A stretch of 40,909 nucleotides of DNA, from NCBI GenBank assembly GCA_964623315.1, contig CAZUSU010000036.1:1-40909 (forward strand). The letters run 5' to 3'. This DNA comes from an uncultured Gammaproteobacteria bacterium (GTDB taxonomy: Bacteria > Patescibacteriota > Patescibacteriia > Magasanikbacterales > 2-02-FULL-50-9b). The number at the start of each line of letters is the position of its first letter. The first letter of the stretch is position 1. The notes below the pieces were generated by a model. That model was not told the DNA's origin, ran no database searches, and worked only from the letters and a program-made list of their open reading frames with translations. Both the position numbers and the translations under genes were made by a program. Positions 1 through 8,618 of the stretch are shown one piece after another.

Positions 1-1008
1 GAAACGGATCTACAGAATCCTTCTGTTTTGGCTGATCAACAAAAATCATTAATCGCATCGCGTCGGTATGCGGAATTATCGCCGGCGCTTGGAAAAATTC
101 GTCATGTCGCCGTATTACAAACACAACTCAATTCAGCACAGCGCATGGTAGAAACGGAAACGGATCTTGACATGGTCGCGTTGGCACAGACAGAAATAGA
201 AACGATGCGCGCTGAAATTGATAGTGGTGAACGGGAGATCGTCGAGCTCCTCCGCGAACCAGACCCGTTCGCCAACAAAAATGTTATCGTTGAAATCCGC
301 GCCGGCGTGGGCGGCGACGAAGCCGGATTATTTGCGGCAGAACTCTATCGCCTGTACACGATGTATGCGGGCACGCGCGGGTGGAAATCAGACCTCATGT
401 CTATCAGTCGCACCGGTATTGGCGGCGTCAAAGAAGTGGTGTTTGAAATTCAAGGGCGCGGCGTGTATGGCGATTTGCAATTTGAAAGCGGCGTCCATCG
501 TGTCCAACGCGTGCCGGAAACAGAAAAAGCCGGACGCGTGCACACCTCAACGGTAACGGTTGCAATTATGCCGGAGCCAGAAGCGGTGGACATTGTGTTG
601 GAACCGAAAGATTTAAAAATTGAAGCAACCACTTCGCAAGGCGCGGGCGGGCAATCTGTGAACACCACGTACAGTGCCATTCGTATGGTGCACCTCCCGA
701 CCGGCATAGTGGTAACGTGCCAAGACGAACGCTCGCAACAACAAAATAAAGAACGCGCATTGCAAATTATGCGTGCCCGCGTTTTTGAAGCAGAAGTTGC
801 GCGCGCCGCGGCCGAGCGAGCGGCAAAACGCAAATCACAAATCGGCTCCGGCGATCGGTCCGAAAAAATTCGCACCTATAATTTTCCGCAAGACCGTGTG
901 ACAGACCATCGCATTGAAATGTCATGGCACAATTTGCCAAAAATAATGGATGGGGATATTGGCGGAATTATTGAGGCGCTGAAGGAGGCGAATCGGGAGG
1001 ATGCTTGA
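1..1008 (+). CDS. prfA: Peptide chain release factor 1, 5' end cut by window edge
   Basis: Frame 1 is open from base 1 (ETDLQNPSV precedes the TTG at 28), so the start lies upstream of the window. It has the RF1-type PxT tripeptide ([14 protein letters not shown]) and the GGQ motif ([12 protein letters not shown]). TGA stop at 1006-1008. Confidence 0.9.
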   Translation, partial: ETDLQNPSVLADQQKSLIASRRYAELSPALGKIRHVAVLQTQLNSAQRMVETETDLDMVALAQTEIETMRAEIDSGEREIVELLREPDPFANKNVIVEIRAGVGGDEAGLFAAELYRLYTMYAGTRGWKSDLMSISRTGIGGVKEVVFEIQGRGVYGDLQFESGVHRVQRVPETEKAGRVHTSTVTVAIMPEPEAVDIVLEPKDLKIEATTSQGAGGQSVNTTYSAIRMVHLPTGIVVTCQDERSQQQNKERALQIMRARVFEAEVARAAAERAAKRKSQIGSGDRSEKIRTYNFPQDRVTDHRIEMSWHNLPKIMDGDIGGIIEALKEANREDA

Positions 1009-1144
1009 CGCCCCATTCCAGTTTTGCTAAACTTTCCCCAATCTAATTCAAATCACCCGGCTACAAAAATCCGCCCGTGTCCTGCCCACAGCACTAAACT
1101 GCGGGTCCACGTGCGAGGCCGGCGTCGTTAAAAGGCAAAATCAT

Positions 1145-1918
1145 ATGACCACCATCCCTCAACTTGAGGAGCTCATGAGCGCGGGCGCGCACTTTGGCCA
1201 CCGCGCAACGCGCTGGCATCCAAAAATGAAGCCGTTCATTTTTGGCGAACGTCAGGGCGTGCACGTTATTAATTTGGAGGAAACGCAAACAAAACTTGCC
1301 GAGGCGTTGGAATTTATGAAACAACTCGCCGCACAAGGAAAGACGATTTTGTTTTTGGGCACTAAGCGTCAGGCGCAACAGATTATTTTAGAAGAGGCAA
1401 CGCGGTGCGGCATGCCCTACGTTACTATTGCGTGGATCGGCGGCCTCCTTACTAACTACGATGAAATCGGCAAACTGCTGGATCGTTTTCGCCAAATGCG
1501 CAGTGATCGTGAAACGGGCGTGTGGGAAAAATACACCAAAAAAGAACGCCTGCGGCTGGAAGAGGATTTGCACAAAAAAAATGAAACACTGCTCGGCATG
1601 GTCACGTTAAAAAAAGTTCCGGATGCACTGTTCATCGTTGATATTCGCACAGAAAAAACAGCGGTTAATGAGACGCTCATGCGCGGCGTGCCAACGGTTG
1701 CTTTGGTTGACACCAATGTGAATCCGGATCAGGTGACGTATCCCATTCCTTGTAACGATGACGCATCCAAAGCGATTGGGCTGATGACTCGTCTAGTTGC
1801 CGATGCCATTTTGGAAGGCAAAACAGAACGCGCGGCCGTGATGGCACAAGCCGCAGAAGAAACGGCAAAAAAGCGTGCCGCCACGGCGCCACCTGCACAA
1901 ATTATTTCCGCAGGATAA
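1145..1918 (+). CDS. rpsB: 30S ribosomal protein S2
   Basis: 257-aa ORF with the S2 signature region HFGHRATRWHPKMKPFIFGERQGVHVINLEET. It is followed by tsf, the conserved rpsB-tsf pair. Confidence 0.93.
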   Translation: MTTIPQLEELMSAGAHFGHRATRWHPKMKPFIFGERQGVHVINLEETQTKLAEALEFMKQLAAQGKTILFLGTKRQAQQIILEEATRCGMPYVTIAWIGGLLTNYDEIGKLLDRFRQMRSDRETGVWEKYTKKERLRLEEDLHKKNETLLGMVTLKKVPDALFIVDIRTEKTAVNETLMRGVPTVALVDTNVNPDQVTYPIPCNDDASKAIGLMTRLVADAILEGKTERAAVMAQAAEETAKKRAATAPPAQIISAG

Positions 1919-1934
1919 TTTTTATTTCGTTCTT

Positions 1935-2528
1935 ATGTTAGACACAAAATTGATAACCGAGTTACGTGAAAAAACAGGCGCCGGCGTAGTAGATGTCAAA
2001 GCGGCACTGGAAGAAACCGGTGGCGACATGACCGCGGCCGAAGAACTCCTGCGCAAAAAAGGAATTCTAAAGGCCGGCAAAAAAGCAGACCGCGTGGCCG
2101 GCGAGGGGATTGTGTATTCGTATATTCATGGCGGCGGCAAAGTTGGCGTGCTGTTGGAGTTGCGCTGTGAAACGGATTTTGTGGCGCGCAACGAAGCGTT
2201 CACCACCTTGGCTCACGATATAGCGTTGCATATTGCGGCGATGAATCCGTTATATTTGGAAGCGGGGTCTGTGCCACCCGAGGTGTTAGAAAAGGAATGC
2301 GACATTTATCGCGCCGAAGTGGCGGGTTCCGGCAAACCAGATGATATAATTGCAAAAATAGTTGATGGCAAATTGGCAAAATATTACGGTGACGTCTGTT
2401 TACTTAATCAGCAGTTTGTCAAAGATGAATCACAAACTATTGATGATCTCATAAAAGCGGCCATCGCAAAAATTGGCGAAAATATTCAAGTAAAACGGTT
2501 TGTGCGGTTTCATGTGGGGCAGGAATAA
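1935..2528 (+). CDS. tsf: Elongation factor Ts (short form, 197 aa)
   Basis: The ORF track starts at 1875 inside rpsB. The in-frame ATG at 1935 gives MLDTKLITELREKTGAGVVDVKAALEE, the typical EF-Ts UBA-like N-terminus, followed by the ELRCETDFVARNE core. Confidence 0.9.
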   Translation: MLDTKLITELREKTGAGVVDVKAALEETGGDMTAAEELLRKKGILKAGKKADRVAGEGIVYSYIHGGGKVGVLLELRCETDFVARNEAFTTLAHDIALHIAAMNPLYLEAGSVPPEVLEKECDIYRAEVAGSGKPDDIIAKIVDGKLAKYYGDVCLLNQQFVKDESQTIDDLIKAAIAKIGENIQVKRFVRFHVGQE

Positions 2529-2534
2529 TAAAAT

Positions 2535-2563
2535 AAAAAATCGGCCCCGCAGCCGATTTTTTA
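2535..2563. terminator. Bidirectional intrinsic terminator between tsf and the convergent 118-aa ORF
   Basis: aaaaaaTCGGCcccgcaGCCGAtttttt: a 5-bp GC stem flanked by an A-run on one side and a T-run on the other. Confidence 0.6.
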
Positions 2564-2569
2564 TGTGGC

Positions 2570-2926
2570 CTATACCGTGCGCAGTTCACTCGCTTGTTGC
2601 TGGGTAAGAATATTTTTTGCTTCTAACATTCCGGTCAGTAAAAAGTTGAACGTATCTTGGCGTCCCGATTTTGCACCGAATCCACTGTGGAACGATTTTG
2701 TTTCAGCGCGGAATTCTTTAAGCTCTTGTTTGACCGTTGACATTTCTGTCTTGAGTACACGAACGTCGGTTTTGAGTTCCAACAAATCCTGCTGGATGCA
2801 GGTAAAATATTCTTCGTGTTCAGCGAACTTTTTGTCCATGTGCTCAATAATGTCACCCTTAAGTTTTCGTAACTCGGTGAACACGGTGCGGAGCGTAATG
2901 CGGGTGCGGACCTCCTTGTGTGGCAT
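2570..2926 (-). CDS. Hypothetical small coiled-coil protein (118 aa)
   Basis: It is the only long ORF in the tsf-gap gap. It is K/E/L-rich with heptad-like stretches (DLLELKTDVRVLKTEMSTVKQELKEFRAE). I recognise no family. Confidence 0.45.
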   Translation of the reverse strand: MPHKEVRTRITLRTVFTELRKLKGDIIEHMDKKFAEHEEYFTCIQQDLLELKTDVRVLKTEMSTVKQELKEFRAETKSFHSGFGAKSGRQDTFNFLLTGMLEAKNILTQQQASELRTV

Positions 2927-3012
2927 ATTAACTTGGATTAATGAATATTGAATTGATTATGCCATAGCTAAAAAATTGCGCAAGCGTCAAAAGTGCATAA
3001 CCATGGGCCTTC

Positions 3013-3085
3013 TGTGGATAATAAAAAAGTTATCCACTGGCAGTGCCGTTTTCCACAGGTTATCCCTGTGGAAATCCGGATAAGT
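3013..3085. promoter_or_regulatory. Cluster of DnaA-box-like 9-mers upstream of gap
   Basis: TGTGGATAA at 3013-3021 is the reverse complement of TTATCCACA (9/9). TTATCCACt at 3030-3038 matches 8/9 and TTtTCCACA at 3049-3057 matches 8/9. Weaker copies are TTATCCctg at 3060-3068, tgtggaaat at 3067-3075 and ccggataag at 3076-3084. An AT-rich stretch lies just upstream (2927-3000). Confidence 0.5.
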
Positions 3086-3093
3086 GCTATAAT
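3085..3093 (+). promoter_or_regulatory. Extended -10 element (TGcTATAAT) of the gap promoter
   Basis: TGCTATAAT lies 24 nt upstream of the gap ATG. There is no SD in the short leader. Confidence 0.55.
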
Positions 3094-3116
3094 ATCGGCA
3101 CATTTCTAAAAACAAT

Positions 3117-4109
3117 ATGGCATCACGTGTAGCAATTAATGGGTTCGGTCGCATTGGTCGTCAGGCGTTTAAGGCGGGGTTTGCTAGAAAGGCAATCAAT
3201 TTTGTCGCAATTAATGATTTGGCGAGCGCCGAGCAGTTGGCATATTTATTAGAATACGATTCCGTGTACGGGCGGTGGCCGCATAAAATTGCGGCGCGCG
3301 GCGGCCTGCTCATAGTGGATGGCAAAAAAATTCCGGTACTCGCAGAAAAAGATCCGGCCGCTCTGCCGTGGAAAAAATTATCCGTTGATGTGGTGGTTGA
3401 ATCTACGGGACGATTCACGGATTCAGCAGGATTGCAAAAACATATTACGGCCGGCGCGCGCGCCGTTATTTTATCTGCGCCGGCAAAAGGCGGCAACGTG
3501 CCAACAGTGGTGCGCGGCGTGAATGATCAAAAATTAGGTCGCCTCAAAATAATTAACAACGCCAGTTGCACCACCAACTGTGTGGCGCCGGTAACCGCCG
3601 TGATACACGAAAATTTTGGCGTGGTTAAAGCCGGCATGACCACCATTCATTCATACACCGCAGATCAAGCACTTGTTGATGGCCCGCACAAAGATTTTCG
3701 GCGCGGTCGTAGCGCCGCACTTAATATGGTGCCCACATCAACCGGCGCCGCGCGCGCCGTTACGGAAACAATCACAGAATTGCGCGGCAAGTTTGATGGG
3801 TGCGCCATTCGCGTGCCGACGCCCTGTGGCTCGCTTTCAGACATCACCTTTGTGACGCGCAAAAAAACTTCTGTTGCACAGGTCAACGCCGCACTGCGCG
3901 CGGCCGCAAAACAAAAACGGTGGAAAGGAATTGTCACCTGTTCTGAAGGCGGCCTTGTTTCGCAGGACATCATCGGCAACACGGCAAGCGCCATTGTTGA
4001 TCTTCAATTCACGCAAGTCATTGACGGCGACCTCGTGAAAATTTTAGCGTGGTATGACAATGAATGGGGGTATGCGCATCGGCTCATGGAAATGGTGGAG
4101 CTGATGTGA
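3117..4109 (+). CDS. gap: Type I glyceraldehyde-3-phosphate dehydrogenase
   Basis: NAD-binding INGFGRIGR, catalytic SCTTNC motif, C-terminal WYDNEWGY. Confidence 0.95.
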   Translation: MASRVAINGFGRIGRQAFKAGFARKAINFVAINDLASAEQLAYLLEYDSVYGRWPHKIAARGGLLIVDGKKIPVLAEKDPAALPWKKLSVDVVVESTGRFTDSAGLQKHITAGARAVILSAPAKGGNVPTVVRGVNDQKLGRLKIINNASCTTNCVAPVTAVIHENFGVVKAGMTTIHSYTADQALVDGPHKDFRRGRSAALNMVPTSTGAARAVTETITELRGKFDGCAIRVPTPCGSLSDITFVTRKKTSVAQVNAALRAAAKQKRWKGIVTCSEGGLVSQDIIGNTASAIVDLQFTQVIDGDLVKILAWYDNEWGYAHRLMEMVELM

Positions 4110-4180
4110 TTATGAATTGTTTGAACGCCCCCACAAAGGTAGTTGACTATTTGTCACTTACCTGATACGCTTTGCTACTT

Positions 4181-5443
4181 ATGACCCCACAACCCAATTC
4201 CACCTTTAACGGCCTTGGCATTGCGCCACGCATGTTAGAAGTGCTCACGCGAGCACAATATACTACGCCAACGCCCATTCAGGCGCAATCCATTCCTGTT
4301 TCCATTACGGGCAAGGATATTGTGGGTATTGCGCAAACCGGAACGGGCAAGACACTGGCGTTTGCCGTGCCGCTCGTGCAACGCATTGTGGCGGCCGGTG
4401 GCGGCCGCGCGCTTATTGTGGTGCCGACGCGCGAGTTGGCGTTGCAAGTAGAAGAAACGATTCAGCGCATTGCGCGTCCGTTCAACATGCGTTCTACGGT
4501 GTTGATTGGTGGCATGTCCATGGGCGGGCAAATTCAACAACTTCGTCGCAACCCCAGTATTATTGTGGCAACACCGGGTCGTCTGCTTGATCATCTTCAG
4601 CAAAAAACCGTGCACCTCCATGACGTACATGCGTTGGTTTTGGACGAAGCTGACCGTATGTTTGATATGGGCTTCATGCCGGCGATCACCAAAATTTTGC
4701 AGGCGCTTCCCAAAGAACGGCAGACCATGTTATTTTCCGCCACCATGCCGCCGGAAATTATGCGGCTCGCCGGCGCACATATGAAAATGCCGGTACGGGT
4801 GGAAGTTGCTCTTGCCGGCACGGCCGCAGAGCGCGTGATGCAGGAAATTATTTTTGTCTCAAAAGAACAGAAAGGCGCACTGCTCACCAAAGTATTAGGT
4901 GAAACGCGCGGCACGGTTTTGGTTTTTTCCCGCACCAAACACGGCGCACGAAAAATTACACGTGCCGTTTCTGCCGCCGGCCACGCGGCCGCAGAAATTC
5001 ATTCGGATCGTACTCTTGCACAACGCCGCCGTGCGCTGGACGGATTTAAAAATGGAACGTATCGCGTGTTGGTTGCCACCGACATCGCGGCGCGTGGTAT
5101 TGATGTCAAAGGCATTGAGCTGGTGTTGAATTATGATTTGCCGGACGCCGCCGAAGATTACGTCCATCGCATTGGTCGCACCGGCCGTGCGGGGCACGAA
5201 GGACACGCCATCTCTTTTGCCACACCGGACCAACGCCGCGATATTGTTTCCATTGAACGGCTCATTCGCAAACAAATTCCGGTTAAGCAGGTAGGTGGTA
5301 TGAGCGCGGCGCCATCGGTTGAGCGGGCGCCGCAATCGCAACGTCGGCCATTTGGCCCGCGTCCCCAACGACCGCGCGGACATTTTGGCAGTCCATCGCG
5401 CGCACCATTCCGTGGATCACGCACCAAACGAACTATCATGTAG
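4181..5443 (+). CDS. DEAD-box ATP-dependent RNA helicase with R/P-rich C-terminal tail
   Basis: Q motif (TPTPIQ), motif I AQTGTGKT, DEAD, SAT and HRIGRTGRAG. ATG at 4181 is preferred over the TTG at 4172. A possible TTGACT-N17-TACGCT promoter at 4143-4171 would make the mRNA nearly leaderless. Confidence 0.9.
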   Translation: MTPQPNSTFNGLGIAPRMLEVLTRAQYTTPTPIQAQSIPVSITGKDIVGIAQTGTGKTLAFAVPLVQRIVAAGGGRALIVVPTRELALQVEETIQRIARPFNMRSTVLIGGMSMGGQIQQLRRNPSIIVATPGRLLDHLQQKTVHLHDVHALVLDEADRMFDMGFMPAITKILQALPKERQTMLFSATMPPEIMRLAGAHMKMPVRVEVALAGTAAERVMQEIIFVSKEQKGALLTKVLGETRGTVLVFSRTKHGARKITRAVSAAGHAAAEIHSDRTLAQRRRALDGFKNGTYRVLVATDIAARGIDVKGIELVLNYDLPDAAEDYVHRIGRTGRAGHEGHAISFATPDQRRDIVSIERLIRKQIPVKQVGGMSAAPSVERAPQSQRRPFGPRPQRPRGHFGSPSRAPFRGSRTKRTIM

Positions 5444-5487
5444 TAACTTGCTCATAGGGGAGTAACGGCGTACGATGGTATTATTCT

Positions 5488-6639
5488 ATGCCGCTCCGCA
5501 CACTTTCACGCGCAAAAATTTTATCCGGAACGCGCGTTTTGGTGCGCGTTGATTCTGATGTCGTCGTGTCACACGGCGTCATTGCGCCGGAATCAGCGTA
5601 TCGGCTGGACTGTGCGCTCCCCACACTCAAATTTTTATTACAAAAAAAGGCGCTGGTGACCGTGATGGGTCATCGCGGCCGGCCGAAGGGCAAAAAAGTT
5701 GCCGCACTGTCGCTGGCACCGGTACAAAAATATTTAGAAAAAAAATTAAAAACACGCTTGAAATTTTTGCCCAACGTACGGTTTGACGCGCGAGAAGAAA
5801 AAAATGATCCGGCGTATGCGGCCGAATTGGCCGCCGGCCAGCAACTTTTTGTGAACGAATCATTTGCGACGGCGCATCGCGCGCATGCGTCCACACATGC
5901 CATTACAAAAATGCTCCCCAGCGTGGCCGGATTACAATTTGAAAAAGAAGTGCGCGCTCTGGAGTTAATCCTGAAAGCACCGCGCACGCCACTCGCATTA
6001 ATTATTGGCGGCGCCAAATTGGAAACCAAAATGCCGGTGATTGAAACATTTGCATCGTACGCCGACTACATTTTTATTGTGGGGGCATTGGCGAATGCGT
6101 TTTTTGCCGCACGCGGAGCTCGTATCGGCGACTCGCGCGTTGATGAACCGTCCGTGGCACAAGCGCGCCGCGTGCTGGCAAGCAAAAGATTTGCGCATAA
6201 AATTATTCTCCCCATAGATGTGATGGTCGGCCGCTCACGAGGCGTGTCCAAACAGTTTTGGCAGGTGGCACTGCCGGACGGCGACGGCGACCTTGGCAAA
6301 ATTTGCACCGGCAACCGCGCCATTTTAGATAGCGGACCGGCATCACTTGTGGTGATGTCAGAACTGTTGGTCGCCGCGCGCACCATAATATGGAATGGCC
6401 CGTCCGGCGTTTTTGAACGCGAGCCGTTTCATCTGGGGTCGTACCGAATTGCACGGCTACTTTCTAAACGCGGCCGCGATGGCGCGCACATTGTTGCGGG
6501 TGGCGGTGAAACAGTTACGGCAATCATGCAGGCGCGCGCCATACGTGGCTACGCGCACATTTCAACGGGCGGCGGCGCCCTGTTGGAATTTTTAGGCGGT
6601 AAAAAATTGCCGGCCGTGCAGGCACTATTTTTGAAATAA
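5488..6639 (+). CDS. pgk: Phosphoglycerate kinase
   Basis: 383 aa with NESFATAHRAHAST and a C-terminal STGGGALLEFLGGKKLPAVQAL, both typical of PGK. Confidence 0.92.
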   Translation: MPLRTLSRAKILSGTRVLVRVDSDVVVSHGVIAPESAYRLDCALPTLKFLLQKKALVTVMGHRGRPKGKKVAALSLAPVQKYLEKKLKTRLKFLPNVRFDAREEKNDPAYAAELAAGQQLFVNESFATAHRAHASTHAITKMLPSVAGLQFEKEVRALELILKAPRTPLALIIGGAKLETKMPVIETFASYADYIFIVGALANAFFAARGARIGDSRVDEPSVAQARRVLASKRFAHKIILPIDVMVGRSRGVSKQFWQVALPDGDGDLGKICTGNRAILDSGPASLVVMSELLVAARTIIWNGPSGVFEREPFHLGSYRIARLLSKRGRDGAHIVAGGGETVTAIMQARAIRGYAHISTGGGALLEFLGGKKLPAVQALFLK

Positions 6640-6689
6640 AAGTTATCCACACCTATCCACTTGACAGAATTTAGGTGGTCATATAAACT
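6638..6689 (+). promoter_or_regulatory. Promoter of the large noncoding unit: 13-mer box + TTGACA-N17-TAAACT
   Basis: AAAAGTTATCCAC at 6638-6650 contains a perfect TTATCCACA at 6643-6651, and a second cTATCCACt lies at 6653-6661. The -35 TTGACA is at 6661-6666, followed by a 17-nt spacer and the -10 TAAACT at 6684-6689. The S12 operon promoter at 38840-38868 has the same hexamers and spacing. Confidence 0.6.
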
Positions 6690-6695
6690 ACTCTT

Positions 6696-7791
6696 CACCA
6701 CTTGATAAGTGGTTGCGAAAAAGGAGCTCGTCCAGAGCACCTACGCAAGACCTTGCGACACCCAAAGGGTTCTCCGGTTCTGAACTGGAGGATAACAGGA
6801 GTGAGACGAGGCACTACGGGGGAAGGTTCTAGTGGAAGGTTCCGAAAGGGACTGACCAAACGATTACGATGAGCACTGTAATAATAGGTAACCGGTGCGG
6901 CCGTAATGCTGTGCAGAGGAACTGAATAAAAACAGTGAAGCATCCTTAGACGCAAAAAACTCTCTGATGCAGTCGTTTGTATCAGGTCGTCATCTGTCTT
7001 GTACACGTGGGTGTGCAGGGCTGGTCCTTGAGGCCAAGATGTGCGACGACCTAGCCCGCAAGGGAAGGGTTGAGTCAATGGCTACCGCCGGTAAGATTCG
7101 TGGGAATAAGCGCAAGTAAACTTCCCGAAACGAAAAAGACCAGCTGGAAAAAGGAACTCCCAGTTCCGGCCAGTGAATCCACAAGGGAAAATTGCCAGAC
7201 GCGGCGGTCGTGCAGACCAAAGCAAATCAATCTGGTGACGAGTTCTCAAACGCCTAAATTCGGAGGCGGTGGGGAAGCAAAAGCACGGCTTCGGTCGTGA
7301 AATAGCAACACTCGGGAACAATTCAGCAATGGGTTGTTCACAGCACATTCTCATACATGATACATGAAGAGCGCGTGGTGGAGACATCACATGCACTACA
7401 TGTAGGATGCGCGGGCGATGAGTCCAAGCAATCATGTGGGCGCACTAAGACAGCGCCACGAGAAGACCGAAGTCCAGTCATAAGAACGAGCGGTGTCGCC
7501 CTTACGGGATGACAGTAGAGCCGCTTGTTACGCTAGGTCGCAAGATCGAATGATGTGGTGGTTGGTGTAAAAGCCGCAAGGCAATAAGCCAACAAGCGCA
7601 GGCCTAATCAGAAAGGCCAAAAACGAACGCTGTTGCCGATGACAGTGTGCGTGGCGCGAAAAAATCTACCATCGAATGCCAAGAACTGTTACAGGTTCAT
7701 GGTAAACACCAGTTAAGGTACGTCCATTGTACGTCGTGAACCGCAAGGATCACAACGTACATCAGATGTCCTGACTGGTCGTTTTTTTTTT
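6696..7791 (+). ncRNA. Candidate large (~1.1 kb) structured noncoding RNA, family unknown
   Basis: There is no credible ORF on either strand; the six-frame ORFs are 76-127 aa, overlap each other and are R/P/S-rich. A promoter lies upstream and a T10 run at 7782-7791. Hairpins are dense on the + strand. Examples: 6697-6713; UUCC-GAAA-GGGA 6840-6851; CCC-GCAA-GGG 7055-7064; 6-bp stem with triloop 7153-7167; CACGGC-UUCG-GUCGUG 7284-7299; 7436-7459; GGUC-GCAA-GAUC 7536-7547; GCC-GCAA-GGC 7573-7582. A 32-nt GCAA-capped hairpin spans 7729-7760. A longer-range complement joins 6984-6991 and 7045-7052. The ends are approximate. Confidence 0.5.
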
Positions 7792-7830
7792 ATTTCAAAA
7801 TGCGCTATACTGTTTTTAACATTTTATCGT

Positions 7831-8616
7831 ATGGAACACTGCTCTTCACATTCATGCGCGTCTGCCGGCGGCTCACACGCAAAAAAACCGATTATCGTAT
7901 TGGTCGGTGTTGCGCTGGTAATTTTTTTACTCACACTCATCGCCAGTAACATAAAAAAGTTTCATTATATTGGCCGGCCAGAACCGGTCGCGCGTTCCTT
8001 AACTATTTCTGGCTCCGGTAAAGTAACTGCCACGCCTAATATTGCCGTAACCAATGTTGGCCTTGTGACAGAAAAATCAGATGTTGCCACGGCCCAGCAG
8101 GAAAATTCAGAAAAAATGAACGCGTTGATTGCCGCGCTGAAAGAGCTCAAAATAAAAGACGAAGATATCCGCACCACGCAATATCAAATTTATCCGAAAT
8201 ATTCTTATGAAGAAAAAAAAGGGAGCGCCATAACGGGCTATTCCGTGTCGCAAAGTGTTGAAGTAAAAATTCGCGATCTAAAAAATATTTCAGCAGTGCT
8301 GGCGCGCGCGGGCGAGGCTGGCGCCAATCAAGTGAGTGGTATTACGTTTACCATAGATGAGCCAAAAAATTTGCGTGCGCAGGCGCGAGAGGAAGCGGTC
8401 AAAGACGCCAAAGACAAGGCGGCAAAATTAGCAGAGCAACTGGGAGTAAAATTGGGGCGTGTCATTACGTTTTCCGAATCAGGCGGCGGACAGACACCGG
8501 AGCCGCGGCTTATGTATATGAAGGAAGGGATCGGCGGCGGCGATTCTGCACCCGACATCCAATCCGGATCCCTTGAAATCATCAGTAACGTTGACGTTAC
8601 TTTTGAACTAAAATAA
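7831..8616 (+). CDS. SIMPL/DUF541-family secreted or membrane-anchored protein
   Basis: N-terminal TM segment (IIVLVGVALVIFLLTLIA), then LTISGSGKVTATPNIAVTNVGLV...AQQENSEKMNALIAALKEL...GYSVSQSVEVKIRDL, typical of 26-kDa periplasmic immunogenic protein/SIMPL domains. Confidence 0.75.
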   Translation: MEHCSSHSCASAGGSHAKKPIIVLVGVALVIFLLTLIASNIKKFHYIGRPEPVARSLTISGSGKVTATPNIAVTNVGLVTEKSDVATAQQENSEKMNALIAALKELKIKDEDIRTTQYQIYPKYSYEEKKGSAITGYSVSQSVEVKIRDLKNISAVLARAGEAGANQVSGITFTIDEPKNLRAQAREEAVKDAKDKAAKLAEQLGVKLGRVITFSESGGGQTPEPRLMYMKEGIGGGDSAPDIQSGSLEIISNVDVTFELK

Positions 8617-8618
8617 CT

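Noticed and set aside
1009-1144. Possible structured rpsB leader between prfA and rpsB
   Set aside because: Only weak, short complementarities are present, and I could find no convincing promoter or conserved leader fold by eye.
2927-3116. Chromosomal replication origin (DnaA-box cluster plus AT-rich segment)
   Set aside because: The spacer is only 190 bp. Genes on both sides are mostly on the + strand, so there is no leading-strand switch. No dnaA or dnaN is nearby, and the same 13-mer recurs at another promoter. Kept as a regulatory finding, not called oriC.
6695-7435. Six-frame ORFs inside the pgk-SIMPL gap (6695-7078 minus, 6990-7220 minus, 7070-7300 plus, 7082-7435 minus)
   Set aside because: They overlap each other on both strands and are R/P/S/C-rich. 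They have no SD or sensible start context and no recognisable motif. I looked specifically for TIM-like motifs of a decayed tpiA and found none.
6696-7791. Known RNA identities for the large unit: RNase P, tmRNA, SRP/6S, group II intron, rRNA fragment
   Set aside because: The GAGGAAAGUCC / ACAGAAnnCGGCUUA pair is absent. There is no tRNA-like 3' end with GGUUCGA...CCA. There is no 5' GUGYG plus domain-V hairpin. The 10-mer GGATAACAGG at 6789-6798 matches a 23S domain V word, but the flanks do not continue the similarity. This is an eye-level check only and needs Infernal.
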